In this document: one piece after another, positions 1-9,941 of the stretch | Numbering within the stretch: position 1 is the first letter of the stretch | Layout of the letters: every line of letters starts with the position of its first letter | Virus record (IMG/VR): IMGVR_UViG_3300025874_000006 | Coordinates: 74,352-138,351 of that record | Source: a virus | Length of the DNA: 64,000 nucleotides | Direction: 5' to 3' (one strand) | The notes under the pieces: model-generated | The model's database searches: none | The model's input: only the letters and a program-made list of their open reading frames with translations | What the model was told of the DNA's origin: nothing | Made by a program: the position numbers and the translations under genes

Positions 1-1
1 T

Positions 2-26
2 AAAAAAAGGGACTCCGAAGAGTCCC
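2..26 (-). terminator. Rho-independent terminator after gp23
   Basis: Minus strand GGGACTC-TTCG-GAGTCCC followed by T7; UUCG tetraloop typical of T4-like terminators. Confidence 0.9.
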
Positions 27-88
27 TAAAAAGTGGTATGGTTACAAGGTTAGACGCCAAGCCCATACTTCTTATTTTTTTACATATC

Positions 89-1396
89 TTATGCAGAAAC
101 CATTAGGTTGTCTACACGCATGATACGGTAGTACGTGTTAACGCCAGCAGTTGCAGCAATGTTCTGCTCACCAGCTGGAGATACGAATGGGTTTGCAGCC
201 ATTCCGTAACGAGTCTTGAAGCCGATCTTAGGCTGGAAGTCGTTTTCGCCAACTGCTTTAACCATTTGTAATGGAACATATGGGCAGTAGAATACACCAG
301 CGTCATAAGCGTTAGAACCCTTATAACCAACAGTGATGTAATCGATTGAGGCGTATGGATCGATATAAACTTTCATTTTACCGTTCAGAGTACCAGCAAA
401 AGTATTACCAGTGTCGTCTACCTGTAGACCAGCGCCTACTTGATAGTCCAACTGACCAGAAGCAGCAAGTGCAGTAGCAACGTCTGATGAACAGATTACG
501 ATGTTACCCTTACCACGACGAGTTGTCTTAGCAATCTCGTTCGCTTCACGATCCAATTGAATTACTAGACCTTTGAACTTCTCAGCTGACCAACGGCCAT
601 CTGCGTCTGAAGTTAGGTCGAATACGCCTTTAGCAGCGATTGATGCTTGTTGAGCACCTAGAACCGCTTGAGTGTTAACTGTACGAACTACTTCACGGTT
701 GATTTCCGCTAGGATTTCAGTTGAAAGGATGTTCGCTAGTTCAGTTTCTGCGTCAAGACCGTGAATTGCTTTCAAGTCTTGTGCTAGTTCTAGAGAGTAT
801 TCTGCTTTAAGTGCACGTGACTTAGCAACAACAGATTGCTTCTCGATTGAGAAACCCATTTCTGCGAAATCATTACCAGTGTTACCCAGTGCTTCAGCAG
901 CTGCTGTAGACATTGGACGACCAGCAGCATCTAGTTCACGACCAAGACCAGTAGCCTCGTCAAAACCAGACATACCTGATGATTCACCAGTTTGTGAACT
1001 AGTAGCAGAACCAGAGAATGCAGAATTTGCTTCGTTGAATAGTGCTTCAGTACCGTCTTGTGCAGTGTAACGTGATTTCATCGCGAAGATAAGACCAGTT
1101 GGGCCTGACATTGGCTGAACGCCACAAACGTCATATGCCATTAGGTTAGGCATTGCGCGACGTACTAGAGAGATCAAAACTGGATCCCAGTTGTTTACGC
1201 CAGCACCAGTTGCGTTAGTTGGAGTTTCGGTTAGAAAACCTTGAGAAGCAGAACGCTCTTCCATCATTGCTTTTTCTTGGTTTTCTAGGATAGCAGCAGT
1301 AACTGCTTTACGGTGATGATCAGTGATCTTACCAGCTGACTCTTCGTTGAGTACTGGAGACCATTTTTCAATCAATGTATCGTATGAATTGTTCAT
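89..1396 (-). CDS. gp23: Major capsid protein (T4 gp23 family)
   Basis: Motifs DPVLISLVRRAMPNLMAYDVCGVQPMSGPTGLIFAM, KSRALKAEYSLELAQDLKAIHGLDAETEL, FQPKIGFKTRYG. Confidence 0.98.
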   Translation of the reverse strand: MNNSYDTLIEKWSPVLNEESAGKITDHHRKAVTAAILENQEKAMMEERSASQGFLTETPTNATGAGVNNWDPVLISLVRRAMPNLMAYDVCGVQPMSGPTGLIFAMKSRYTAQDGTEALFNEANSAFSGSATSSQTGESSGMSGFDEATGLGRELDAAGRPMSTAAAEALGNTGNDFAEMGFSIEKQSVVAKSRALKAEYSLELAQDLKAIHGLDAETELANILSTEILAEINREVVRTVNTQAVLGAQQASIAAKGVFDLTSDADGRWSAEKFKGLVIQLDREANEIAKTTRRGKGNIVICSSDVATALAASGQLDYQVGAGLQVDDTGNTFAGTLNGKMKVYIDPYASIDYITVGYKGSNAYDAGVFYCPYVPLQMVKAVGENDFQPKIGFKTRYGMAANPFVSPAGEQNIAATAGVNTYYRIMRVDNLMVSA

Positions 1397-1408
1397 TTTT
1401 TAGATTCC

Positions 1409-2458
1409 TTATTTCTTAGAGGTTTTTCTTAGAGCAGAGATGTAACCTTCCATCATGGAGGATACTTCAACTTCTTCTTCAGCGTCTTCAGCGACTACTG
1501 ATTCATCGATTTGCTCAGGGATTTCTTTTGAGAAGTATGACTCTTTAACAGTAGTTACTTTTGCAGTGAATGACTCTTCACTTTCAAAATCAACTGTTTC
1601 AAGAAGGCCTTTTAACTTCTCCGCTTGGGTGTCTGCTAGGTCACGAGAAGCTTCAGCGATGATTGACTCACGCTTGTAAGTTTCTAGTTCTTCAGCAAGT
1701 GAAATTGCGTCACCTGTAGTAGTGTTTAGTTTTTCTTCTAACTCGTCTACCTGTGATGCTAGTTCGTCAACTAGGTCTACCTTAGACTCTGGAACGTCAA
1801 TGTAAGACTCTACGAATAGGTCTTTCATCTTGTCCATGAACCCTTCAGCGATTTCGGTACGAAGACCGGAGTGGATCGCTAACTTGTTCTCTTCCATCCA
1901 AGATTCAACTACATAGTTTAGGTAAGAATCGACTTTACCGACTAGGTCAGTTTTAATCGAATCGACTTCTTCAGCAAGTTCTTCGGTGTATTGCTCTTCG
2001 AGACGTGTAACTTCTTCGGACAACTTAGTCTTAACAGCTGCTTCGAAAATTACTGATGTCTTTTCCTTGAACTCTTCCGATAGAGTTGCTTCGCCTTCAA
2101 CGATAGCTGCAAGTTCAGACTGAGTGTCAGTCTCTTCCGCAATTACGTCTTCTAGGTCAGTACCTTCCATCATTTTAGAATAGGCTGCCGTTAGGTCGCC
2201 TTTTTTCATTTTATTTAAGGACTGGTACATCGCATTGATCATACCTGCCTTAGTTTTCGGTAATGAAGCTTTAGAAGTTGCTTTAGCTGCTTTGTCTACG
2301 GACGCGATTGACTCTGGTTCAGATACTTCCTGACCATCTGTCTTCATGCCTTTAGCTGCAGGAGCTTGTGCTTCTTCGAGAGTTTCCTCCACGATTTCGT
2401 TAGTTTCAACATCTGTATCGCGGATTTCAGCTTCGACTTTTTTATTAAGATCAGTCAT
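1409..2458 (-). CDS. gp22: Prohead core scaffold protein
   Basis: Acidic helical protein with LSEEFKEKTSVIFEAAV and VDSYLNYVVESWMEENKLA; sits between gp21 and gp23. Confidence 0.92.
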   Translation of the reverse strand: MTDLNKKVEAEIRDTDVETNEIVEETLEEAQAPAAKGMKTDGQEVSEPESIASVDKAAKATSKASLPKTKAGMINAMYQSLNKMKKGDLTAAYSKMMEGTDLEDVIAEETDTQSELAAIVEGEATLSEEFKEKTSVIFEAAVKTKLSEEVTRLEEQYTEELAEEVDSIKTDLVGKVDSYLNYVVESWMEENKLAIHSGLRTEIAEGFMDKMKDLFVESYIDVPESKVDLVDELASQVDELEEKLNTTTGDAISLAEELETYKRESIIAEASRDLADTQAEKLKGLLETVDFESEESFTAKVTTVKESYFSKEIPEQIDESVVAEDAEEEVEVSSMMEGYISALRKTSKK

Positions 2459-2468
2459 AGATGACTCC

Positions 2469-3128
2469 TTATAGTTTAGATTTGATTAACGAGAGGAAAT
2501 TCTTGAATTCCCGAATTTGCACTTCTGGACGAATTGCTATCGGTGCTTGCTTGATTTCAGTCTCTATCTCTTCAATGACTTGAGGTTGCAGAATTCCATT
2601 ATTCCATACCCAGTCGACACCTTCCATAATCCCATTAACGAAAGCTTCAGGTGCACTTGGATCCTGTACAATATCTACAGTACTAAGAATAAAGTCTTCT
2701 TTGACGTACATGACGCCATTTTTGCTCTCAAGACTTCCCATACCACGAGTTGACACGCCTAATTGGACACCACCTTCTAAGAGACCTTTTACGATCTTGC
2801 CCATAGGAGTGTCTAATATTTGTGCTTTTCCTACCACATCAGTGCCTTCTAATTTGAGGTCAGTGATGAGGTGAGAAACTTTATCCAAGTTAACTGTAGG
2901 GCCTTCAGGGTGATTCAACTCACCTACAGCACGCTTCTTGCTAACTTGGTCTTCAACGTACTTATTTACCGCAGACTCCATAATGGCCTTTGGGTAGATT
3001 CGTCCGTTTCTATTCTTTTTGTCTGCTTGCGCAAATACACCTTCAATAATGTAACTCTTCTCACCATTATCTTTAGCTTCTACAATGCATTGTACATCGT
3101 TTTCTACGTATTCGCTAATCAGTTTCAT
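2469..3128 (-). CDS. gp21: Prohead protease
   Basis: IEGVFAQADKKNRNGRIYP, GELNHP, LGVSTRGMGS, DIVQDPSAPEAFV. Confidence 0.97.
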   Translation of the reverse strand: MKLISEYVENDVQCIVEAKDNGEKSYIIEGVFAQADKKNRNGRIYPKAIMESAVNKYVEDQVSKKRAVGELNHPEGPTVNLDKVSHLITDLKLEGTDVVGKAQILDTPMGKIVKGLLEGGVQLGVSTRGMGSLESKNGVMYVKEDFILSTVDIVQDPSAPEAFVNGIMEGVDWVWNNGILQPQVIEEIETEIKQAPIAIRPEVQIREFKNFLSLIKSKL

Positions 3129-3129
3129 T

Positions 3130-3327
3130 TTATTTACCTAAGTCTTTGAGGACTTGTTTCGCGGTTGATTCCGCTTCTTTCTGTGACTTAAACGTATCAA
3201 CAGAATCACCATCAATAGATAGGTGAAAACCTTTGTCCGTTTTTGTGATAACTACAGGGTATTTAGACATCTTCTTATTGAAGACAATCTTGTCCTTGGA
3301 TTCCCGCAAATGTTTAAATGTTTTCAC
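3130..3327 (-). CDS. Small prohead core protein (gp68 position)
   Basis: 65-aa ORF with good RBS (GAGG) and its own late promoters, in the T4 gene 68 position; assignment is by synteny only. Confidence 0.6.
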   Translation of the reverse strand: MKTFKHLRESKDKIVFNKKMSKYPVVITKTDKGFHLSIDGDSVDTFKSQKEAESTAKQVLKDLGK

Positions 3328-3347
3328 AATTAGTCCTCGTTTAGGAG

Positions 3348-3371
3348 TATTTATACAAAAAAGTATTTATA
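3348..3371 (-). promoter_or_regulatory. Two tandem T4-type late promoters (TATAAATA at 3364-3371 and 3348-3355)
   Basis: Two exact gp55-type consensus copies 16 bp apart upstream of 3327. Confidence 0.85.
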
Positions 3372-3379
3372 GTGAATAT

Positions 3380-3643
3380 TTATTCAACTTCGGCCGTAAA
3401 TTCTTCTTCTTCGACCTCATTGTCCAATATAGCATCTACTTCGTCGTCTTCCATTTCCATCTCAACGGGGTCTATACCGTTGAATATCTGGTCTGCGACA
3501 GCTACTTTTTCTGCGTCCAGAGACTGTTGTACTTTGTCCCCTAGGATGTCATTAAATAACTCCTCTGCACTGTTGAAGTTGCCGACCTGTAGAGCATTAA
3601 CTAGGTCTAGTGTAGGGTTTGTTTCCAATTCTAAATCACTCAT
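3380..3643 (-). CDS. Acidic prohead core protein (gp67 position)
   Basis: 87-aa very acidic ORF immediately after the portal gene; synteny with T4 gene 67. Confidence 0.65.
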   Translation of the reverse strand: MSDLELETNPTLDLVNALQVGNFNSAEELFNDILGDKVQQSLDAEKVAVADQIFNGIDPVEMEMEDDEVDAILDNEVEEEEFTAEVE

Positions 3644-3645
3644 TA

Positions 3646-5148
3646 TTAAACTTCCTCTTCTTCGTCTCCGCCATTAGCATTTTCGGCTTCAACTTGTTTA
3701 GACATGTCTTCGATGTCTTCATCATCAAACATCATTACGTTTTTCATTACCCACTCACGTGAGAAATATTCACCAACATAAGCAGAGATTTGATCCATAG
3801 TCTGCAAACGTTCACGCAGAAGTTCTGCGTCTTTCATTTCAGTGAAGTGATTGTCTCTACTGAAATCTACTTGGATGTCCGACTTCCAAGTTTCCCAATC
3901 TTGTTCTGTACAAACACCTTTAAGAAGAAGTTGTTTCTTCAAGATACCGATGAACAAGTGGGCGAACTTTTTACGTAGACGGTCAATGAACTTTTGGAAC
4001 TTGACTTCGTCACGGTTAATCTCAGTGGTTCTTCCTAGAGAGAACTGAGACTCTTGTTCCAAACGGTTTAATGGAACATTCAATGAACGATACAACTTCT
4101 TTTGGAAATAAATGATATCGTCTATCTGTCCCAAGTTCTCACCGCCAGGTAGAGTACTTATCTCTGTGCCACGACCGCCTTCTCGACGAGGTAACCAGAA
4201 GTCTTCGAGCATGGCCATGTGTTTGCGGTCATCTTTGATTTCACCGCTGTTGGCATCATAAACGATTTTGTTACGATACCGAGACATAATGTCTTTTAGA
4301 TGTTGTTCCGCCTTACCCTTCGGTAAGTTACCCACGTCAATATAGAAGATACGACGTTCAGGTGCACGTGCCATACGATAGATGACCAGTGAGTCTTCCA
4401 TCATACGTAATTGGTTTACGGGTTTCATTGCCTTCTGTAGATACGACAGCACACGTTTCTTACTGGAATCTAGAAGGCCTGAAGTGACATACGAAACAGA
4501 ATCTGGTGACAACTTGATACCGTTATTCGCACCAGCGCGTTCCTGATAGACATAAAAGTCGTTAGTCTTGTCAACAACCTTTGCACCTGTCTTAGGATCT
4601 TTTTTGTATTGCACTTCCTTTACTTTACGAATCTTGGTCGCGTCAACAGGTCGGCATTCTAAGATGCCTGCTTTGAGGTTGGATTCGTTAACTACTAGGT
4701 GATGATATATTCTTCCGTCAACATACCATGAACGGAACATGTCATGACCATACTCTTCGAAGTTCAACATGGCGACAACGCCATCGAACTCTTCGGTAAT
4801 AGTCTTTTTGATTTTGTCTGGAGCCTCAACCTTATCTAGGTTGATGCTGATAGAACTTTCTAGTTCTGAGGAAACGATTGACTCGTTGATGATATCTTCG
4901 ATTGCAGCATCACACTCTGGGTGTTCCGCCATGTTTCGATATTTTTTGATTAACTCTTGGTTATCCTTCGCGCCAGTGCCTTCCATATCGACATACTGAC
5001 CAAAGTAAGAACCTGATGCAGTAACATACCCAGCACCATCTTCATCCACTTTAGGGACAATAGAAGTTGCTTTCTCGTTTTCTTGATTTGCCTTCTGAAC
5101 TCGTTTTAGTTCGAATCCAAACGCCTTAAACAAATTGTTATCTGCCAT
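3646..5148 (-). CDS. gp20: Portal vertex protein
   Basis: NQLRMMEDSLVIYRMARAPERRIFYIDVGNLPK, EDFWLPRREGGRGTEISTLPGG. Confidence 0.98.
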   Translation of the reverse strand: MADNNLFKAFGFELKRVQKANQENEKATSIVPKVDEDGAGYVTASGSYFGQYVDMEGTGAKDNQELIKKYRNMAEHPECDAAIEDIINESIVSSELESSISINLDKVEAPDKIKKTITEEFDGVVAMLNFEEYGHDMFRSWYVDGRIYHHLVVNESNLKAGILECRPVDATKIRKVKEVQYKKDPKTGAKVVDKTNDFYVYQERAGANNGIKLSPDSVSYVTSGLLDSSKKRVLSYLQKAMKPVNQLRMMEDSLVIYRMARAPERRIFYIDVGNLPKGKAEQHLKDIMSRYRNKIVYDANSGEIKDDRKHMAMLEDFWLPRREGGRGTEISTLPGGENLGQIDDIIYFQKKLYRSLNVPLNRLEQESQFSLGRTTEINRDEVKFQKFIDRLRKKFAHLFIGILKKQLLLKGVCTEQDWETWKSDIQVDFSRDNHFTEMKDAELLRERLQTMDQISAYVGEYFSREWVMKNVMMFDDEDIEDMSKQVEAENANGGDEEEEV

Positions 5149-5166
5149 AATATCCTCTTACCTAAT

Positions 5167-5190
5167 AAAAGGGGGTGGAGAACCACCCCC
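5167..5190 (-). terminator. GC-rich hairpin after gp19 (terminator or 5' stabilising stem)
   Basis: Minus strand GGGGGTGG-TTCT-CCACCCCC-TTTT; a near-consensus late promoter TATAAGTA (5198-5205) lies just upstream. Confidence 0.65.
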
Positions 5191-5211
5191 ATTCATATAC
5201 TTATAATACCA

Positions 5212-5736
5212 TTAACTAGTGGTATCTGACTCCCAATATTGAACTTGGAATTCCACTGTATACTCTTCGATAGCGTCCACACTATCGTAACTTACATCGA
5301 TTGCCGCAACGTTTGTTGGGAAACAACCACGGAAGTTATAAGTCTTCAATATCGAACCGTCTTTATCTAATTGTTCAACGATGAGGTCTGCTTGGTAAGC
5401 AACAGGGTTAGTGATACCCGTGTTAGCGCTGTGACCATTCATACCGTTCATCCACTTTTCCATGGCGTTACGTGTATTGAAGTCGGTATCGTTCAAGATA
5501 GTAACTGTCCAAGGTTCGAATGTACGATCCCCGGCTAGTTTCAATTGTCGACCACGAAAAGGAACTTCAATAACATTCATGATTGATGCTGGCAATTGCG
5601 CAGTCTTACACAAAAAAGATGTTAGTTCCACATCTCCACCGGCATACGCAGGGAAGTTAACAGTTGCACGAAATAGATTTGGACGTGCACCGCCACCTTT
5701 TAGTTTTGCTTTAAAATCGTCTACTCTTAATGACAT
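5212..5736 (-). CDS. gp19: Tail tube protein
   Basis: GGARPNLF, LPASIMNVIEVPFRGRQLKLAGDRTFEPWTVTILNDTDF, YNFRGCFPTNV. Confidence 0.97.
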   Translation of the reverse strand: MSLRVDDFKAKLKGGGARPNLFRATVNFPAYAGGDVELTSFLCKTAQLPASIMNVIEVPFRGRQLKLAGDRTFEPWTVTILNDTDFNTRNAMEKWMNGMNGHSANTGITNPVAYQADLIVEQLDKDGSILKTYNFRGCFPTNVAAIDVSYDSVDAIEEYTVEFQVQYWESDTTS

Positions 5737-5747
5737 GATTATTCCCC

Positions 5748-7316
5748 TTATACTGTGCCGACTACTTCTTCAAACTCAACACCTGATCTTACAGCTACGA
5801 AGTTTAGAGTTACGTAGTTGATTGAACGCGCTGGCTTGATGAAGCAAGTTGCGATGAATTCGTTGCGGTCGACAACTTCTGCGGTGTTGTTTGTTTCGTC
5901 ACAAACAACGCGGAAGTCGGTGATGCCGCGCCGACCCTGAATTTCCCGTAGGAATGGTTCTACAATATTTACGAACTCTGCACGAGTAAACTCGTCGTTG
6001 AATTCGAACATTACGTTTTCGCCTGCTTCACTAATTGCTCTTTCGATAACTAGGAATAGTCTGCGTACGTTGATACGGTCGAATGCAGATGGACGCGATT
6101 GGTGAGTCTTGTCACCATATAGCATTACACCTTGGCCTGGGATACTTACAATTGGATTGATTCCATTCTTGTAAAGTTTATCACGCTCTGTCTTACTAGG
6201 ATTAATCAATAGTTCAGTAACACCTACGTATTGACCACGTCTAGAACCCGCTGGTGAGAACCAAGGAGCAGAGACTGCATCGGCAGCGGCCATAACGCCT
6301 GCTGTTGAAGATGCTGCTGGGATAAACTCGTACTTATCTTCGTATTTGTTATAGACCTTAAACCAGTTTCCATCAACAATTAAGTAAGATGAATCTTGAT
6401 TAAGAGTAGTCTTGATGTATGTTACCATACTATCAACATTACCTGATGTTGGGGAAATTACCGCAACGCAGTCTTTTCGAGATGTAGCGATTTCAACAAG
6501 CTTCTGGTGAATAGTTTGTGCTGAATCCTGACCACCAGCTGGTTGGATAAGGAAATCAATCTGGATAGCTTCTTTGTTTAAGAAAGCATCGTATGCATTC
6601 ACGTAATCTACTACGGTTTCATTTAGAGTTCCGTCAGAACCGCCTATCAATGTTACTGTTCCTGCCGCTGGTACACCAGTAGAGGTGACCCAAGAGGAAG
6701 ATTTATTGATAACTTCTGTAACGAAATTATTAGAACCGTTTGGATTTTTAGCATTAGGGTCAGTGGAAACGAATTCGTATGTTTCGACAACTTCTCCTAG
6801 TGCGGACGATGAAACATATCCGAGAGAAACTACAATGTGAAGTTCATCACCTACTGGAGGAGATGTGAAGAAACCTTCAAATTCCCAAGCAGCGAAAGTT
6901 GATGAATCTGCTACGGATACAGAAATTGTATTACCGAGAGCACCAAAATACTTTGCTTCGAAAGCACCGATTGTTGATTTTCTGTAGCCTGGGTACGCTG
7001 GAGTTACTTCAGTTCCATCAGAATCTAGGACTGCTGGAATGTCTGGTCGGTCTGCGCGAACTATAAATGCGCTTGAAGAATATTTTAGGAAGTACGAGGC
7101 AGAGAGAAAATCTCCTGCATACGCATCTCCTGCTAGTGGGGATCCAAAAGTAGACGCCAACTCGGTTTCATTACCGATTAAGATTGGTGTGTTCAGTGGG
7201 CCCCAATTAAAGTCGCCTGCGAGTGCGCCAGTAGTGGAAGTGACAGCAGGTACGATACCTGTCAAATCAATTTCTCTTACTGTTACTGCCGGAGACTCTG
7301 AAGATAAGAGAGTCAT
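5748..7316 (-). CDS. gp18: Tail sheath protein
   Basis: SPAVTVREIDLT, PWFSPAGSRRG, LYGDKT, SAFDRINVRRLFL, IKPARSINYVTLNFVA. Confidence 0.97.
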   Translation of the reverse strand: MTLLSSESPAVTVREIDLTGIVPAVTSTTGALAGDFNWGPLNTPILIGNETELASTFGSPLAGDAYAGDFLSASYFLKYSSSAFIVRADRPDIPAVLDSDGTEVTPAYPGYRKSTIGAFEAKYFGALGNTISVSVADSSTFAAWEFEGFFTSPPVGDELHIVVSLGYVSSSALGEVVETYEFVSTDPNAKNPNGSNNFVTEVINKSSSWVTSTGVPAAGTVTLIGGSDGTLNETVVDYVNAYDAFLNKEAIQIDFLIQPAGGQDSAQTIHQKLVEIATSRKDCVAVISPTSGNVDSMVTYIKTTLNQDSSYLIVDGNWFKVYNKYEDKYEFIPAASSTAGVMAAADAVSAPWFSPAGSRRGQYVGVTELLINPSKTERDKLYKNGINPIVSIPGQGVMLYGDKTHQSRPSAFDRINVRRLFLVIERAISEAGENVMFEFNDEFTRAEFVNIVEPFLREIQGRRGITDFRVVCDETNNTAEVVDRNEFIATCFIKPARSINYVTLNFVAVRSGVEFEEVVGTV

Positions 7317-7381
7317 GATAGTGTCCTTTTAGTTAAGGTATAATAAGTTAGTCATAATACGGAGTTTTCTTTCAATGTATC

Positions 7382-7389
7382 TATTTATA
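7382..7389 (-). promoter_or_regulatory. T4-type late promoter for gp18/gp19
   Basis: Exact TATAAATA in the intergenic gap upstream of gp18. Confidence 0.85.
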
Positions 7390-7401
7390 CTTTTAGTAAA
7401 T

Positions 7402-9009
7402 TTACCAATTATCGGGGTCATATGTCGCCCAATTCATACTGTAAGGGTCGTATAACTCCTCTTTGGGAACATAGTCCGAACCATCATCAATGATTCCGAA
7501 AGGGGGTAAATCGTCCTCTATCTCCTTCATACGTTGGTCAAACAACATCTGCTTGATATTGACATTGGTCATGTCACCAAAAGATTGTGTCCCCACAAAG
7601 TAACCGAACATGACTAAATTCATCATTAAGTCGTCATGGTTACCGTCAGAGGCTTCGTATGATGTTCCTTTGGAAACAAAGGTGGACACTTCCATAATAG
7701 TGTTTTCATCAACAATATCGAGTTTATGGTTCTCGATGATATCCTTGATTGAGGAACATCCCATCCGTTTTACTTTTCTGTCCATGCGGATACCGATAGC
7801 ATCTGCTTTGATTGCAGACTCTAGGTGAATGTTCTCATATTCCAAATCTTGATATAGGCCCACGCACACGACCATACCTTGGTCATTGTTCTCAATAACA
7901 ACATACGCTTCGTTATATACGTTAGCATATTTGTAAATCATGTTTGGATATAATATTGGGGATATCCTGTTGTTCCTGTACACACATACCTGTTTAAACG
8001 GTTGCACCGAAACATCGATTATGTTAAATGTTGAATAATCCTGTCCTCGCCCTTGACAGACATCGACAGTCATGATATACTGATGCTCTAGTATCGGTTC
8101 TTCATAAACTAATAAGTCCCCACCTTCTAGTCTACGTTTTGGTTCTCTAGCACGTAAGTCAAGAAGCACTTGACCCTCAATAAGAGTATTACCAGTACCA
8201 AAGAAAGTATTACCAAACTCTTGGTCAAACTGCAGCTGTGACGTATTTGCAATCGTCTGAGCTTTCCACTTCTCATCTCTGCCAGGCACATCCCACCAGT
8301 CTACACGGAAGGGTTTATACTCATTAACCTTCTGTACCGCACCTTCCCATATCTTCTGATATGTGTTACCAATACCGTTCGCAGTACTTGTTATGATAAC
8401 TTTTGTATCTTTACCAGATGAGATTACTGGGTATGTTGATGTGTAGAACTCTGCCGCATTCTCTACGAAAGCAAACTCATCTAGGAACAGTAGGTTAACC
8501 GACATACCACGAATAGACGAACCGGAGGTCGCTGCAGCGATGATACGCGAGTTATTGGAGAACTCTATAGACCCTTTGTTGAGTGCCTTACATCCCGGCT
8601 GGAGAAAGAATGGAAGGTTCTCTAACATCAAGGTTACACGTGAAAGCATCTCACGCGCAGTTGCACCTTTGTTAGCAAGGATTGCAATTGTCTTCTCTGG
8701 ATGAAACAGGGAATACCATAAAAGGTATCCCACAGAGGAAATAGACTTACCTGACTGTCGACATGCGAGAACGATAGAGAATCTATTATCATTGAAATGT
8801 TCGAACATCTCTTCCTGATAATCATACAACTTGAATGGTACTAGACCTTTATCTAGGTGCACAACCTTAACATACTTCCTACAGAAATATGCGGGATCTT
8901 TCATACACTTCTGATATTCCCTGAGTTTCGTTTTGTCCCAATCCTCGGAAACGCCGTCACGTTTGACCTGTGGGTTTCCGAGATAACTGTTCTTGGTATA
9001 TGAAGTCAT
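7402..9009 (-). CDS. gp17: Terminase large subunit
   Basis: Walker A region ACRQSGKS, Walker B LLFLDEFAF, ITSTANG, nuclease motifs TVDVCQGRGQDYS and GNHDDLMM. Confidence 0.98.
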   Translation of the reverse strand: MTSYTKNSYLGNPQVKRDGVSEDWDKTKLREYQKCMKDPAYFCRKYVKVVHLDKGLVPFKLYDYQEEMFEHFNDNRFSIVLACRQSGKSISSVGYLLWYSLFHPEKTIAILANKGATAREMLSRVTLMLENLPFFLQPGCKALNKGSIEFSNNSRIIAAATSGSSIRGMSVNLLFLDEFAFVENAAEFYTSTYPVISSGKDTKVIITSTANGIGNTYQKIWEGAVQKVNEYKPFRVDWWDVPGRDEKWKAQTIANTSQLQFDQEFGNTFFGTGNTLIEGQVLLDLRAREPKRRLEGGDLLVYEEPILEHQYIMTVDVCQGRGQDYSTFNIIDVSVQPFKQVCVYRNNRISPILYPNMIYKYANVYNEAYVVIENNDQGMVVCVGLYQDLEYENIHLESAIKADAIGIRMDRKVKRMGCSSIKDIIENHKLDIVDENTIMEVSTFVSKGTSYEASDGNHDDLMMNLVMFGYFVGTQSFGDMTNVNIKQMLFDQRMKEIEDDLPPFGIIDDGSDYVPKEELYDPYSMNWATYDPDNW

Positions 9010-9557
9010 CTTATGAAGACCTGTAGAGACTTTCTTTTAGGAGCATCATGTCTTGTTGCTGTAACGGCATGAATTATCTTACCTTTTTGAAATACCGCCA
9101 TACCTAAATCTGGTCTAATAGCCGTGGTCAGTTTGTCACCGTCCATTCGGAAAACAAAATATCCACCGTAGTTATCGTTCCAGTTATCGTTTAAGTAGAA
9201 TGATGCAGATGATGAATATGCACGGTCAGTGTGCCAGTTCAGAGCAAACTCCCCTTCACCCTCATAATACATTACAAGATAGTCTTCATAATTGTTGCTA
9301 GACCCAATCGTAGAAATGCACTTGTCCGCTAACAGTTTGACCAAGGAGGGGTCTGATACTGGGTGTGTATTAGTATAACCACCCACACCATCTATCAACT
9401 CTTTTGGCCAAGAGTCGTTCCTTAGTGGTGTTGGGGACAATTCGACATTTTTATTCATGTGCGATATAATTCTCTTATATTCCGCATCGGTGAATGTATC
9501 GTCTGTTATCTTTACCAACTGGGTTTTATTTTTCCTACGTGATATTATCTTCATCAT
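9006..9557 (-). CDS. 2OG-Fe(II) oxygenase (prolyl-hydroxylase-like)
   Basis: HxD motif LNWHTD, FYLNDNW..GG, distal His IIHAVT, RKSLQVF; probable start at ATG 9557 or 9554 overlapping the gp16 end rather than 9620. Confidence 0.8.
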   Translation of the reverse strand: MMKIISRRKNKTQLVKITDDTFTDAEYKRIISHMNKNVELSPTPLRNDSWPKELIDGVGGYTNTHPVSDPSLVKLLADKCISTIGSSNNYEDYLVMYYEGEGEFALNWHTDRAYSSSASFYLNDNWNDNYGGYFVFRMDGDKLTTAIRPDLGMAVFQKGKIIHAVTATRHDAPKRKSLQVFIR

Positions 9558-9927
9558 CGCTTTGATCAATAGTTTTTTCATCTCCCAACAGCATACGCTG
9601 AAGGTCTGTAGTGGAACCAACGAATAGATTATTAGTAGTTGAAGATTCTGGAGGTTTGTCTTCTTTGGTAAGCTCTTTCTGCTTTTTGTTGAGATCCATC
9701 AGTTTATCGTTGACATCTGCGATGCCTTTAATCATACCAGATAGAACCTCAAACGCACGAGGATGTTCACTCTCACGTGCGACTTCAATCATGAGTTCTA
9801 GGGACTCACGACCTTTCTCAATTAGGTCATAGTATGTATCACGAGAATATTCATAGTCTTGTTCATGCACAAAATTCCGTTTCTGTACATCATCGAGGAT
9901 GGCAGGCGGGTTGCTCGAATCATTCAT
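9535..9927 (-). CDS. gp16: Terminase small subunit
   Basis: DYEYSRDTYYDLIEKG, ESEHPRAFEV, TNNLFVGSTTDLQRML; position upstream of gp17. Confidence 0.92.
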   Translation of the reverse strand: MNDSSNPPAILDDVQKRNFVHEQDYEYSRDTYYDLIEKGRESLELMIEVARESEHPRAFEVLSGMIKGIADVNDKLMDLNKKQKELTKEDKPPESSTTNNLFVGSTTDLQRMLLGDEKTIDQSDDEDNIT

Positions 9928-9941
9928 AATGTATTTCCTAA

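Noticed and set aside
7402-9009. Intein or intron in terminase, portal or capsid genes
   Set aside because: Lengths and motif spacing are ordinary, and no homing endonuclease or splice motifs were seen.
9558-9620. N-terminal extension of the oxygenase ORF as given in the track
   Set aside because: It lies wholly inside gp16; the ATGs at 9557/9554 near the gp16 stop are the more plausible coupled start.
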